Positions 15,605 to 24,715 of a stretch of DNA of 64,000 nucleotides are shown here, piece by piece. The notes below the pieces were generated by a model. That model did no database searches. It saw only the letters and a program-made list of their open reading frames with translations, and was not told where the DNA came from. The first letter of the stretch is position 1; each line of letters starts with the position of its first letter. Source of the DNA: an uncultured Chloroflexia bacterium (lineage in GTDB: Bacteria; Chloroflexota; Dehalococcoidia; Dehalococcoidales; RBG-16-60-22); NCBI GenBank assembly GCA_963739395.1, contig CAVUAE010000002.1, positions 26,384 to 90,383 on the forward strand, in the 5' to 3' direction. The position numbers and the translations under genes are program-made.

Positions 15605-18600
15605 TTACTCTCCTGGTTTTATGGCATCGAATGGGCAGATCTGGGCGCAAACCCCACAGCCCGGACAACCGGCAGCATCTACCACGACCTTACCTTTATC
15701 GGTAATTAAAGCCGGGCAGCCCAGCAGATTGATACATATCTTGCAGTCGCACTGGAGGCAACGTCCGGCTTCTTTGACTGCCGCTTCTTTACTCAAACCT
15801 GTTTCCACTTCCTTAAAATTGGTTTTCCTCTTGTCGACCGAGAGTAAAGGCATAACCGAACGTGATTCTTGATTAATACCCCAGGTATCCACAATCAGCT
15901 GGCTTTCAAAAACGGCTTCGCCTTCACGTCCAACATTGAGTGGCTCGCCTTTGAAATACTTATCGATAGATATTGCGGCTTTACGTCCCGCGGCTAACGC
16001 CTGGATAACCGTAGCCGCCCCGGTAACCACGTCACCGCCAGCGAATACACCTTTTACATTAGTCTCCAGCGTCACGGGGTCGGTTTTAATATAGCCTTTT
16101 TCCACGGCTTTTGTCGCCGCGCCGGTCATGAATGCCAAGTCCGGCTCTTCCCCTACCGCGGCGATGATTAGTCTGGTCTCGATAACGAACTCCGAACCTT
16201 TGATGGGTACGGGACGGCGCCGACCGCTGGCATCGGGTTCGCCGAGTTCCATTTTTATACATTCTAGTCCCGCCACCTTGCCGCCTTTAACCACCACTTT
16301 ATTAGGACCGGATAGAAGTGTAAGCTTAACACCCTCACCTTCCGCCTGATTTACCTCTTCGGCGATGGCGGGCATTTCAGCGCGGGAACGGCGGTAAGCG
16401 ATGGTAACATCCTTAAAACCGAGACGTACGCAGGTACGGGCGCAGTCCACTGCCACATTCCCACCCCCTACCACCACGACCCTGTCTTCCGCTTTAATCT
16501 TCTCGCCGGTGTTAACTTTATACAAAAACTCCGTGCCGTCGATAACGCCGGAGGCATGCTCGTTTTCAATGCCGAGGCTGCGTCCCTTATGCGCGCCAGC
16601 AGCGATAAAGACAGCGTTATAATCCTTTTGCAAATCCTCAAGTTTTACGTCCTTGCCGACTCTAGTATTAAACTTTATTTCCACACCCAGCTTCTTAATA
16701 ATATCCGCTTCTTTGTCGAGAATATCGCGGGGAAGGCGGAACTCCGGAATCCCCACCGCCATCATGCCGCCCAGTTTAAAGTTCGCTTCAAGGATAGTTA
16801 CTTTATAGCCCATCTTGCGGAGGTCGTAAGCCGCCATCATGCCGGCTGGTCCGCCGCCGACGATAGCTACCTTTTCTTTCCTCTCCACGGGCATGGTGTA
16901 ATTATCGGTGTATTTGCCGAAGTCAGTGGCAGCTCGCTTTAAAGCATTGATGGCGATAGACTCTTCCACCTCGCTGCGTTTACACTTGGTTTCGCAGGGA
17001 TGGGTGCAAATCCTGCCAATAATAGCGGGGAAAGGAAGGGTTCGTTTAATCAAAGCTAAAGCCTCGTCGAGCTTGCCTTCTTTAATCAAGCCGACATAGC
17101 CTCGGATATCGATATGCAGTGGGCAGGTAGCCTGGCAATAAGGCGGACTACCCGCCAGGCATTTAGCCGGGTCGACGACATAAGGAACGATTTTTTCACC
17201 CGCCTTACGCTTTTCTCGTTGGTCGAGGATGTTACATAAGCGCCGGGCGACAATGACCGAAGGACCCTTGAACTTAATAGCTTTTTCCAGAAGGTCGATG
17301 AGTTTCGGCAGGTCGAAGGAATCGACGACTTCAACCATTTTTACACCGCTGGCTCTGGCGATGTCTTCAATCTTAATGTCATGAGCGGGGTCGCCGCTGG
17401 CGCCGGGGTGGGGCTGAAAGCCCGTCATGCCCGTAGTTGAGTTATCCAGCACGACCATGGTGATATTGGCTTTATTATAGACCGCGTTAATCATCGGGGG
17501 AATGCCGGAATGGAAAAAAGTAGAGTCACCAAGATGGGCGATTACCGGGACATCGATAACATGCGCCAGCCCATTGGCGATACCGAAACCGCCACCCATA
17601 CAAACCGCGACGTCATCCGCGTTAAGCGGGGCATTAGCGCCGAGGGCATAACAGCCGATATCGCTGGTCTTGACCGGTTCTTTGCCCGTCTCCTGCTGGT
17701 AGCGGCGCGCGGCGATGTTAATTGCATAAAGTGAAGCGCGGTGAGGACAGCCAGCGCACATGGTAGGAGGACGGAGGGGTAAAAGGGAAGACGTTTCTTC
17801 CCTAAGTTTGTCAATTGACGCGAAATCGATGGGGGGTTTAACGCCGGTAAGTTTGCTTAAAGCTTCGGCGACCTGCCGGACAGATAACTCGCCTGCCAGC
17901 GAAAGAACATCTTTACCATGGATTTTAACCGCGATGCCGGACGATTGGGCGATTACTTTAACGCCTTCCTCGACGAAAGGCTCAAGCTCTTCAACCACCA
18001 CCACTTCCGGCACGGATTTAAGGAACTGTTGGGTCAGTTTTTCGGGTAGCGGATATGGCGTGCCGATTTTTAGTATGGAAACCTGGTCTTCCAGCCCCAT
18101 CCACTTCACCGCTTCTAAAGCATAGCCGTAAGAAATACCGCAGGCGATAACACCTAATTTGGCGCCCTTCCTGGTGGTGATATGGTTATAAGGGAGAGTA
18201 TCAACAACCTTCTTGATTTTCTCCAGCCGCTGGATAACCAGTCGGCGGTTGACGCGGTAGTTAGCGGGTAAGCAGACGAGCTTGACAGGGTCTTTGACGA
18301 ACTTGCCCTGTCTTTTACCCGCTTCGATGCCGCCCAAAACGACATTGCTGCGGGCATGACCGATACGCGTTACTGACCGTAGCATAAACATCTGCCCGAA
18401 TTCCTCGGAGAGTCGGTAGGCGTCTACCATCATGTCCTTGGCTTCCTGGGCAGAGCAAGGTTCCAGCACCGGGATATAAGCCTGCCGGGCGAGATAGCGG
18501 TTATCCTGCTCGTTCTGGGAACTCCACTGACCAGGGTCGTCGGCGGAGATAAGCACCAAACCGCCGCGTGTGCCCATATAGCTCATCGTCATAATTGGGT

Positions 18601-18901
18601 CGTGGGCAACGTTCACGCCCACATGTTTCATAATCGCCAGGGCGCGTAAGCCGCTGATAGACGCCGCCATGGCGATTTCAAAAGCCACTTTTTCGTTTAT
18701 CGACCATTCGGCGTACATGCCGGTATTTTTCGAGTTATTCACCAAAGTCTCGGTGATTTCACTGGAGGGGGTGCCGGGATAAGCGGCAACCACCTGTACG
18801 CCAGCTTCGATAGCTCCACGGGCGATAGCTTCATTGCCCAACATAAACAGCGTAGCGCCAGGGGCATCGGAAGTTAGAGTTGCTTCAGCTACTACATTCA
18901 A
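15605..18901 (-). CDS. iorA: Indolepyruvate:ferredoxin oxidoreductase alpha subunit with an inserted GltD/NfnB-like NAD(P)H flavoprotein module
   Basis: 1098 aa. Aa 1-570 form the TPP enzyme (GDSTFFHSG, MCAGCPHR). Aa ~575-1045 carry CP...GRICTHPCETKC, VAIVGGGPAGMMAA and VVVVGGGNVAVDCA, as in the glutamate synthase small subunit. Aa 1048-1095 form the canonical IorA Fe-S tail CLQCDCKIC...CPGCGVCAQICP. Confidence 0.85.
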   Translation of the reverse strand: MNVVAEATLTSDAPGATLFMLGNEAIARGAIEAGVQVVAAYPGTPSSEITETLVNNSKNTGMYAEWSINEKVAFEIAMAASISGLRALAIMKHVGVNVAHDPIMTMSYMGTRGGLVLISADDPGQWSSQNEQDNRYLARQAYIPVLEPCSAQEAKDMMVDAYRLSEEFGQMFMLRSVTRIGHARSNVVLGGIEAGKRQGKFVKDPVKLVCLPANYRVNRRLVIQRLEKIKKVVDTLPYNHITTRKGAKLGVIACGISYGYALEAVKWMGLEDQVSILKIGTPYPLPEKLTQQFLKSVPEVVVVEELEPFVEEGVKVIAQSSGIAVKIHGKDVLSLAGELSVRQVAEALSKLTGVKPPIDFASIDKLREETSSLLPLRPPTMCAGCPHRASLYAINIAARRYQQETGKEPVKTSDIGCYALGANAPLNADDVAVCMGGGFGIANGLAHVIDVPVIAHLGDSTFFHSGIPPMINAVYNKANITMVVLDNSTTGMTGFQPHPGASGDPAHDIKIEDIARASGVKMVEVVDSFDLPKLIDLLEKAIKFKGPSVIVARRLCNILDQREKRKAGEKIVPYVVDPAKCLAGSPPYCQATCPLHIDIRGYVGLIKEGKLDEALALIKRTLPFPAIIGRICTHPCETKCKRSEVEESIAINALKRAATDFGKYTDNYTMPVERKEKVAIVGGGPAGMMAAYDLRKMGYKVTILEANFKLGGMMAVGIPEFRLPRDILDKEADIIKKLGVEIKFNTRVGKDVKLEDLQKDYNAVFIAAGAHKGRSLGIENEHASGVIDGTEFLYKVNTGEKIKAEDRVVVVGGGNVAVDCARTCVRLGFKDVTIAYRRSRAEMPAIAEEVNQAEGEGVKLTLLSGPNKVVVKGGKVAGLECIKMELGEPDASGRRRPVPIKGSEFVIETRLIIAAVGEEPDLAFMTGAATKAVEKGYIKTDPVTLETNVKGVFAGGDVVTGAATVIQALAAGRKAAISIDKYFKGEPLNVGREGEAVFESQLIVDTWGINQESRSVMPLLSVDKRKTNFKEVETGLSKEAAVKEAGRCLQCDCKICINLLGCPALITDKGKVVVDAAGCPGCGVCAQICPFDAIKPGE

Positions 18902-19020
18902 GGTAGTCCTCCTGACCGGAGCACGACTGTCTCCGGGGAAAAATTTATAGGAATTTTAAGGAAAATTTCGTGCTTCTCTAATTATATTTTACACATTTAC
19001 ACGTGTAGTTGGCAAACAAA

Positions 19021-19049
19021 TTGACAATAATGTTGCTAATAACTACAAT
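19021..19049 (+). promoter_or_regulatory. Sigma70-like promoter
   Basis: TTGACA (19021-19026), 17-nt spacer, TACAAT (19044-19049), upstream of the ATG at 19074. Confidence 0.45.
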
Positions 19050-19073
19050 TATAAAACCAATTAGAAGGGAGAT

Positions 19074-19472
19074 ATGCAAATGCAACCTAAAGAGTTCGCG
19101 GAAAAGTTTATTAAAGCGGAAAACGAGGCATGGTATAAAGGGAACGTAGATGCTCTGGATGCAGTTGAGGATGCAAACGTCGTTTATCACTTCACGACGT
19201 TTCCGGACGTTACCGGGCGGGATGCGCATAAACAATTCATCGCCGCGGCGAGTAAGGCTAATTCCGACATTAAAATCAATATTAAATATTTAACGGGCGA
19301 AGGCAACCTGGTAGCGTTTTTATATACCGATAGTAAGAAGTCAACCGGCGAGTTATTCGGACAGCCGCCAACCGGAAAAACAACATCCGCCAACGAACTC
19401 TGGCTTTTCCGTCTCCAGAACGGCAAGGTTATTGAAGGCTGGATGTGGGGCATCATTAAAACTTTGGATTAA
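19074..19472 (+). CDS. SnoaL-like / NTF2-fold protein (predicted ester cyclase family)
   Basis: 132 aa. The size and the C-terminal NGKVIEGW pattern are typical of SnoaL-like ester cyclases (recall, not searched). Confidence 0.55.
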   Translation: MQMQPKEFAEKFIKAENEAWYKGNVDALDAVEDANVVYHFTTFPDVTGRDAHKQFIAAASKANSDIKINIKYLTGEGNLVAFLYTDSKKSTGELFGQPPTGKTTSANELWLFRLQNGKVIEGWMWGIIKTLD

Positions 19473-19478
19473 CTCACA

Positions 19479-20573
19479 TCACTTAAACATTATCACGTTG
19501 CGTATCACGTCGCCCTTTTCCGAAGATTCAATGGCTTCGTTGATTTTTTCCAACGGATAATGACTGGAAACAAGCTCATCCAGCTTGAGACGTTTCGTTT
19601 GATATAGTTCAATCAGGCGCGGGATATCGATACGTAAACGCACTGCCCCCATGGCGCTGCCGGTTAGCCTCTTGCCCGCCATAAAGTCCAGCGGCGTAAA
19701 ATCGGTCATTTTCTCGCCAAATCCATGCCCGATGATATTCGTCAATCCGTCCCGGGCGGACATCATAAAGCCCATGCGCAGTATTTCTATACCTGCCACA
19801 GCGACGATGACAAAGTCCGCCCCGCGACCGTAGGTAAGTTCATGCACCTTTTTAATAGGGTCTTTTTCTTGTTTAGCGTTAACCGTATACGTGGCGCCGA
19901 AGACTTTAGCATTCTCCAGCTTGCTGTCACGCACATCGACGGCAATGATGGGATAAGCCCCCACGAAAAGCGCCCCTTGTATCGCGTTTAAGCCGACTCC
20001 GCCGCAGCCAACGACGACAACGCTGCTGTTGGCTGTAACTTTAGCGCGGTATAATATCGCCCCGAACCCAGATATGACGCCGCAAGCAAGCAGGCAGGCT
20101 TTATCTTCCGGCATATCATTGGGCACTTTTACCAGGTTAACCTCCGGAATTACGGCGTATTCGGCAAAACCAGCTACCGCGCCAGCATATTGCGTCAGGC
20201 GCTGACCTTTCTTGTTGACAAACCTCCCTTTACCGCGGAGATAGAGTCGGTTAGTGGTGCACTGGCTGGAGAGTCCGATACGGCAATAATAACACTGCCC
20301 GCAGCCATCCGGGATGATACTGCCGATTACCTTATCGCCGGGTTTAACGTAACTAACTCCCTCGCCCACCTCTTCAACATACCCGCATATTTCATGTCCC
20401 GCGATAGCCGGCAAATCAATAGGACCATGCTCACCCCTCATGGCATGGATATCACTATGGCAGATAGCACAGGCAGCCATTTTTATTTTCACGTCCCCCT
20501 TGCCCACTGGGTCTAAAGTAACCTCCTCAATTACCATAGGACCACCAACCTTATAAATGATAGCCGCTTTCAT
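19479..20573 (-). CDS. Zinc-dependent alcohol dehydrogenase (MDR family)
   Basis: GHEICGYVEEVG, CGQCYYC, and GCGGVGLNAIQGA. Start moved to MKAAIIYK (ATG at 20573), preceded by AGGAGG. Confidence 0.85.
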   Translation of the reverse strand: MKAAIIYKVGGPMVIEEVTLDPVGKGDVKIKMAACAICHSDIHAMRGEHGPIDLPAIAGHEICGYVEEVGEGVSYVKPGDKVIGSIIPDGCGQCYYCRIGLSSQCTTNRLYLRGKGRFVNKKGQRLTQYAGAVAGFAEYAVIPEVNLVKVPNDMPEDKACLLACGVISGFGAILYRAKVTANSSVVVVGCGGVGLNAIQGALFVGAYPIIAVDVRDSKLENAKVFGATYTVNAKQEKDPIKKVHELTYGRGADFVIVAVAGIEILRMGFMMSARDGLTNIIGHGFGEKMTDFTPLDFMAGKRLTGSAMGAVRLRIDIPRLIELYQTKRLKLDELVSSHYPLEKINEAIESSEKGDVIRNVIMFK

Positions 20574-20657
20574 AATGCCTCCTTTAAGACGTTTATAAAA
20601 AACACTAATCAGTAGTGTATCTACCGTGACAGCTAATGTCAAACCCGATGTGATTAT

Positions 20658-20686
20658 TTGACAGCTATCACCACGATAAGATAATA
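20658..20686 (+). promoter_or_regulatory. Sigma70-like promoter of the cupin-ferredoxin-cupin cassette
   Basis: TTGACA (20658-20663), 17-nt spacer, ATAATA (20681-20686). Confidence 0.45.
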
Positions 20687-20716
20687 TTTCGCAAGTGGAA
20701 ACAAGGAGGTTAAATT

Positions 20717-21235
20717 ATGGCTAAAGGGAAGTATGATAAATATATCTATGAATATGACCCGAAAATGTTTCCCAAAGAGCGCCGCCCGGTGATGGCGTAT
20801 ATGGATAATAACCTGGCAAAAGGCAGTAACTTTTACCTGATTCACTGGATAATGCCCGGCTTTGGTATGCAGCCGGAGTGGGATTTCCCCTATGCAGGAC
20901 ACCCTCCGCATATCCACAAAGATGCCGAGTTATTATTCCATATCGGCACCGACCCCCAAAACCCAATGGATTTAGGGGCGGAGGTCATCATGTACCTTGG
21001 TCCCGAGCTGGAAGAGCATCACATTACTCGCACCTGCTGTATCTGGATTCCCCCGAACTTCATCCACTCCCCATGGAAACCTGTCAGGTGCGATCGACCC
21101 TGGATATTCATGGAATTTAACCAGGGACCTGTCCACACGGAAAAATCCTACCGTCAAATCCTGCCTAAAGAAGCTCGCGCCAGGATGAACTGGTCGATGT
21201 GGCCCGACGATAAATATGAGGCTCCAGACTGTTAA
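20717..21235 (+). CDS. Cupin-fold metalloprotein candidate, paralog A
   Basis: 172 aa. GHPPHIHKDAELLFHIG (HxH..E) and IWIPPNFIHSPW resemble cupin motifs 1 and 2. Confidence 0.55.
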   Translation: MAKGKYDKYIYEYDPKMFPKERRPVMAYMDNNLAKGSNFYLIHWIMPGFGMQPEWDFPYAGHPPHIHKDAELLFHIGTDPQNPMDLGAEVIMYLGPELEEHHITRTCCIWIPPNFIHSPWKPVRCDRPWIFMEFNQGPVHTEKSYRQILPKEARARMNWSMWPDDKYEAPDC

Positions 21236-21267
21236 ATATATACTGAATTCACTATTTGGAGGACAAC

Positions 21268-21480
21268 GTGGTTTACAAGATAAATACTCAAAAATGCCTT
21301 AAATGCGGACTCTGTGTAACGCAGTGCCCGGAAAAAGCGATAGTGGTGGATAATAAAGTGACCGAGCCTGACGGGCTGACGCTCTATACTACCAGAATTG
21401 ACCCCAAGAAATGCACCGGCTGCAACGAGTGCTTTTCCTTTGAGTGGTGGTGTCCCGCCAAGGCGATTGTGAAGGGATAG
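21268..21480 (+). CDS. Small 2x[4Fe-4S]-type ferredoxin
   Basis: CLKCGLCVTQCP and CTGCNECFSFEWWCP. A GTG start at 21268 behind GGAGGA is preferred over the TTG at 21256. Confidence 0.7.
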   Translation: MVYKINTQKCLKCGLCVTQCPEKAIVVDNKVTEPDGLTLYTTRIDPKKCTGCNECFSFEWWCPAKAIVKG

Positions 21481-21490
21481 GTTTGTTTAT

Positions 21491-21979
21491 ATGAAATACA
21501 GTAAATATTTTCTCCATGAGTTGCCGGATGAAGTACGTAATAAAGGGTTCGGGCGAATGCCGTCGATGGTCGCCTATACTGATAACGATATCATCGAAGG
21601 AAGTAAATACTTTTCGGTGATGGTGATGGGCGAGGAGGCGACCAAGGTAGGTGGGCATGGACCCCATATTCATCAAGACCCAGAGCTACTGGTAGCCCTC
21701 GGCACCGACCCTAAAAACCCAAAAGACCTCGGCGCCGAGATAGAAGTGTGCATGGGACCGGAAATGGAAAGCCATATTATCACCGAATCTACGATGATAT
21801 GGATACCGGCGAAATTCATCCATTGTCCTTTCCGGGTTCTTAAGGTGCGGCGACCTTTCTTATTTATACAATGCCAGTATGCACCTAAACTAAACGAAAC
21901 TTCTTTAAAAAAACTGGTAAAGCAAGAACTAAGGGATAAGATGATTTTCATCGACACCGACGGCAAAGGGGAAGAATAA
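21491..21979 (+). CDS. Cupin-fold metalloprotein candidate, paralog B
   Basis: 162 aa. GHGPHIHQDPELLVALG and IWIPAKFIHCPF are collinear with paralog A. Confidence 0.55.
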   Translation: MKYSKYFLHELPDEVRNKGFGRMPSMVAYTDNDIIEGSKYFSVMVMGEEATKVGGHGPHIHQDPELLVALGTDPKNPKDLGAEIEVCMGPEMESHIITESTMIWIPAKFIHCPFRVLKVRRPFLFIQCQYAPKLNETSLKKLVKQELRDKMIFIDTDGKGEE

Positions 21980-22050
21980 ATATAACTCTAATCCATTGCT
22001 TTTCGGTAATTGCTTATGTTACTATAAAGTAACCAATTAAGGAGGCTGAT

Positions 22051-22482
22051 ATGGACACACAATATGTTACCCTCATACTTATCGGCGCAGGACTTGTAGT
22101 AGCGATAGGTATCCTCGCTCTTATTTGGTATTATTTTGCCGTTATCCAGAAAAAGCTAAATTTTCTGAATCAAGACGCCAAGATTTTCAGTGAAAGTGCT
22201 CGAAGTTTAGGTCTTGATGTGAAATCACTGTCATTAAGTTTGAGCGCCTTCGGGCAGGATGTTAAAGGCATCAATCAATATTCGGCTGCCTTTAGTCAAG
22301 ATGTTAAAACCTTCAACCAGACTATAGAGACTCTATCGCAAAATGTTGAAAGGTTAACTTCCAGTATTTCTCTATTGGCTGAAAGCCAAAATACAATGAC
22401 AGCGTCAGTGACGCTTGTCGAGCAAAAGCAAGATGATATAGCCAAGTCAATCGAGCGTATATCCAAACACTTTTCAGAGTAA
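22051..22482 (+). CDS. Membrane-anchored coiled-coil protein with QDVK repeats
   Basis: 143 aa. An N-terminal TM helix is followed by repeated LDVKSL / GQDVKGI / SQDVKTF units. AGGAGG lies upstream. Confidence 0.6.
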   Translation: MDTQYVTLILIGAGLVVAIGILALIWYYFAVIQKKLNFLNQDAKIFSESARSLGLDVKSLSLSLSAFGQDVKGINQYSAAFSQDVKTFNQTIETLSQNVERLTSSISLLAESQNTMTASVTLVEQKQDDIAKSIERISKHFSE

Positions 22483-22526
22483 CAAACATAACAAATAGAA
22501 CAAATGCCCACTCTTATTATGTATTA

Positions 22527-22568
22527 GGGGAGTGAATTAAACTAGAGCCCGATACACTCCCCTATTTT
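22527..22568 (+). terminator. Rho-independent terminator
   Basis: GGGGAGTG (22527-22534) pairs with CACTCCCC (22555-22562), then TATTTT. Confidence 0.55.
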
Positions 22569-22666
22569 GATAACAACAATGAAGTTTAGTAACACTTGTC
22601 AAAAAGCGCTAAATAAAGGTATACTTATAGAGTTTATTCTTTAATTATGGTTGGGAGGAGGCCCTC

Positions 22667-22882
22667 ATGGAACAGTTTAATTTCCCCAAATGCAAAAAGT
22701 GTAACAATGGTGACCTGGTACCTCTATCAGATTTCGGCAGTCAGGGGGCATCTATACAGTTTAAGGCCTGGGTTTGCACCAATCCTGATTGCGGTTTTAA
22801 TCTAAAAATCAGGAACGGTGACGTTTACAGAGATGAGCCTATCATGAGCGGCACTCTTCACAACTCCCGTGTCAGACAGTAA
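22667..22882 (+). CDS. Small zinc-ribbon protein
   Basis: 71 aa. CKKCNNG...CTNPDCG. GGGAGGAGG lies upstream. Confidence 0.55.
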   Translation: MEQFNFPKCKKCNNGDLVPLSDFGSQGASIQFKAWVCTNPDCGFNLKIRNGDVYRDEPIMSGTLHNSRVRQ

Positions 22883-22916
22883 TCCAGCGACTTATCTTAA
22901 TAATTGATAATTGCGG

Positions 22917-23648
22917 ATGACAAACGTGCTTCCTTCGATAACGAAACTAAAGAGGGTAGCACTCGACTTGATTTTCCCGCCGTGGTGTATCGGCTGCGGG
23001 AGAGAAGGTAAATATTTCTGCGATTCCTGCCTTCAGAATCTTCCCATGATTTCTCCGCCTATTTGCGTAACTTGTGGACGACCGCTGACCGTTGACGGAA
23101 CTTGCCCCGGCTGCATTGAAGGGAAGGTGGAAATTGACGGTATACGTGCCCCGTTTTTATTCGACGGTACAATCCGCAAAGCTATTCATGAGTTCAAATA
23201 CCGTAATCTCAAAGATATTTCATTACTGTTAGCTAATTTTCTGAATGATTACCTATTAGATAATCCCCTTCCTGCCAATGTATTAGTGCCAGTGCCGATA
23301 CACCATAATCGCCTCCGCGAACGCGGTTATAATCAATCGTCTTTAATAGCCCATGAACTGGGCAGTATTTGTGGAATGCCCGTTATCGAAAATTGCCTCA
23401 TCCGAAAAATTAATACACCTCCCCAAGTGAGGACAGCCAGCGCCATCGAACGGCGGAAGAATATCGCCGATGCCTTTGTCTGCGTAAATAATCGGCTGGA
23501 AGGGAAAAAGGTATTACTCATCGATGATGTATCAACATCCGGCGCTACCCTGAATACCTGTGCCGGGATACTTAAATCCGCCGGTGCTGCCAGCGTTTGG
23601 GGACTGGCAATAGCCCTGGAAACTAAACAATATGACGTCGCAAAATAA
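22917..23648 (+). CDS. comF: ComF family protein (phosphoribosyltransferase-like)
   Basis: N-terminal Cys pairs CIGCG..CDSC and C-terminal PRT motif VLLIDDVSTSGATL. The ATG at 22917 is preferred; the ORF track begins at the TTG at 22911. Confidence 0.8.
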   Translation: MTNVLPSITKLKRVALDLIFPPWCIGCGREGKYFCDSCLQNLPMISPPICVTCGRPLTVDGTCPGCIEGKVEIDGIRAPFLFDGTIRKAIHEFKYRNLKDISLLLANFLNDYLLDNPLPANVLVPVPIHHNRLRERGYNQSSLIAHELGSICGMPVIENCLIRKINTPPQVRTASAIERRKNIADAFVCVNNRLEGKKVLLIDDVSTSGATLNTCAGILKSAGAASVWGLAIALETKQYDVAK

Positions 23649-23668
23649 CTAAATAGGAGCGTGAAAAG

Positions 23669-24214
23669 ATGGAGCTTCAGATTACCGGAACCAATACAGA
23701 AATAGCGCCGAAAGCCTATGACTATATCAAAAGCAAGTTAAGTAAATTAAATAGACACCTCCCTGATATTATTGATATTAAGACGGAAATTTCCGCGGAA
23801 CAAACTAAGTCCCCGCAACAGCGCTATTTAGTCAGGGCGACGGTTACCAGTGGCGCTGGGAGGCGGGCTTTTCACGCTGAAGAAAGAGCCGAAGATTTAT
23901 TTCAAGCCGTCGATAAGGTCACGAGTATGCTGACACGACAGCTGGAAAAACATAAGGGTAAACTTTATCGCGGGGGTAGAAGAAACCCCATGGCGCGCGG
24001 TAAGTTCCGGCAGCCCGAACCAGATGTCCCTAGAAGAGTTGTCAAAACCAAGCACTTCGTTATCGAACCTATGGTGCTGGAAGAAGCTATCATCCAAATG
24101 GAAAACCTCGGACACGATTTCTTCCTGTTCTTAGATGTCAACGCCAGCGAGGTACGTTTATTATATCGGCGTAACGACGGCGATTACGGACTCATCGAGC
24201 CAGAGTTTAAATAA
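23669..24214 (+). CDS. hpf: Ribosome hibernation promoting factor (long form)
   Basis: 181 aa, with an S30AE N-domain and a C-terminal dimerisation domain (FLFLDVNASEVRLLYRRNDGDYGLIEP). Confidence 0.9.
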   Translation: MELQITGTNTEIAPKAYDYIKSKLSKLNRHLPDIIDIKTEISAEQTKSPQQRYLVRATVTSGAGRRAFHAEERAEDLFQAVDKVTSMLTRQLEKHKGKLYRGGRRNPMARGKFRQPEPDVPRRVVKTKHFVIEPMVLEEAIIQMENLGHDFFLFLDVNASEVRLLYRRNDGDYGLIEPEFK

Positions 24215-24711
24215 TGCTTCAAAAACTATCTTATGCGGTTTTTAAAACTGTGGCGGGTTGGGTGGGGATATTAGGCTCGCCTGCCGGACTACGGCGTTCT
24301 ACCTTACCACAACCTACCCAAACAAAAGCTCTGGCGGAACTTGGTCTTAACAACAATACTAAACCAGCTAAAGAATATTTCAAAGATACAATACGACGTT
24401 TCTTAGATTACTTTTCCAGTCGGCAAGTAGATTTCCCGGAAAAACTCGATTTTAGCGAGGCTACGACTTTTCAGCGTAAAGTCTGGCAAGCAACTAGACG
24501 CATTCCCTACGGACAAACCAGAAGTTATGGTTGGATTGCCCGGCAAATAGGACAAGCGGGCGCGGCGCGGGCGGTGGGGCAGGCTTTGGGTAAAAATCCG
24601 CTGCCGATAATCGTGCCTTGCCACCGTGTATTAAGCAGTGACGGTAAGCTGGGGGGTTTTAGCGGGGGACTAAAAATAAAAAAGTATTTACTCAAGCTGG
24701 AAAAGAAATAA
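24214..24711 (+). CDS. ogt: Methylated-DNA--protein-cysteine methyltransferase
   Basis: Active site IIVPCHRV and YGQ..SYG. The start overlaps the hpf stop (TAATG). Confidence 0.85.
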   Translation: MLQKLSYAVFKTVAGWVGILGSPAGLRRSTLPQPTQTKALAELGLNNNTKPAKEYFKDTIRRFLDYFSSRQVDFPEKLDFSEATTFQRKVWQATRRIPYGQTRSYGWIARQIGQAGAARAVGQALGKNPLPIIVPCHRVLSSDGKLGGFSGGLKIKKYLLKLEKK

Positions 24712-24715
24712 TGAA

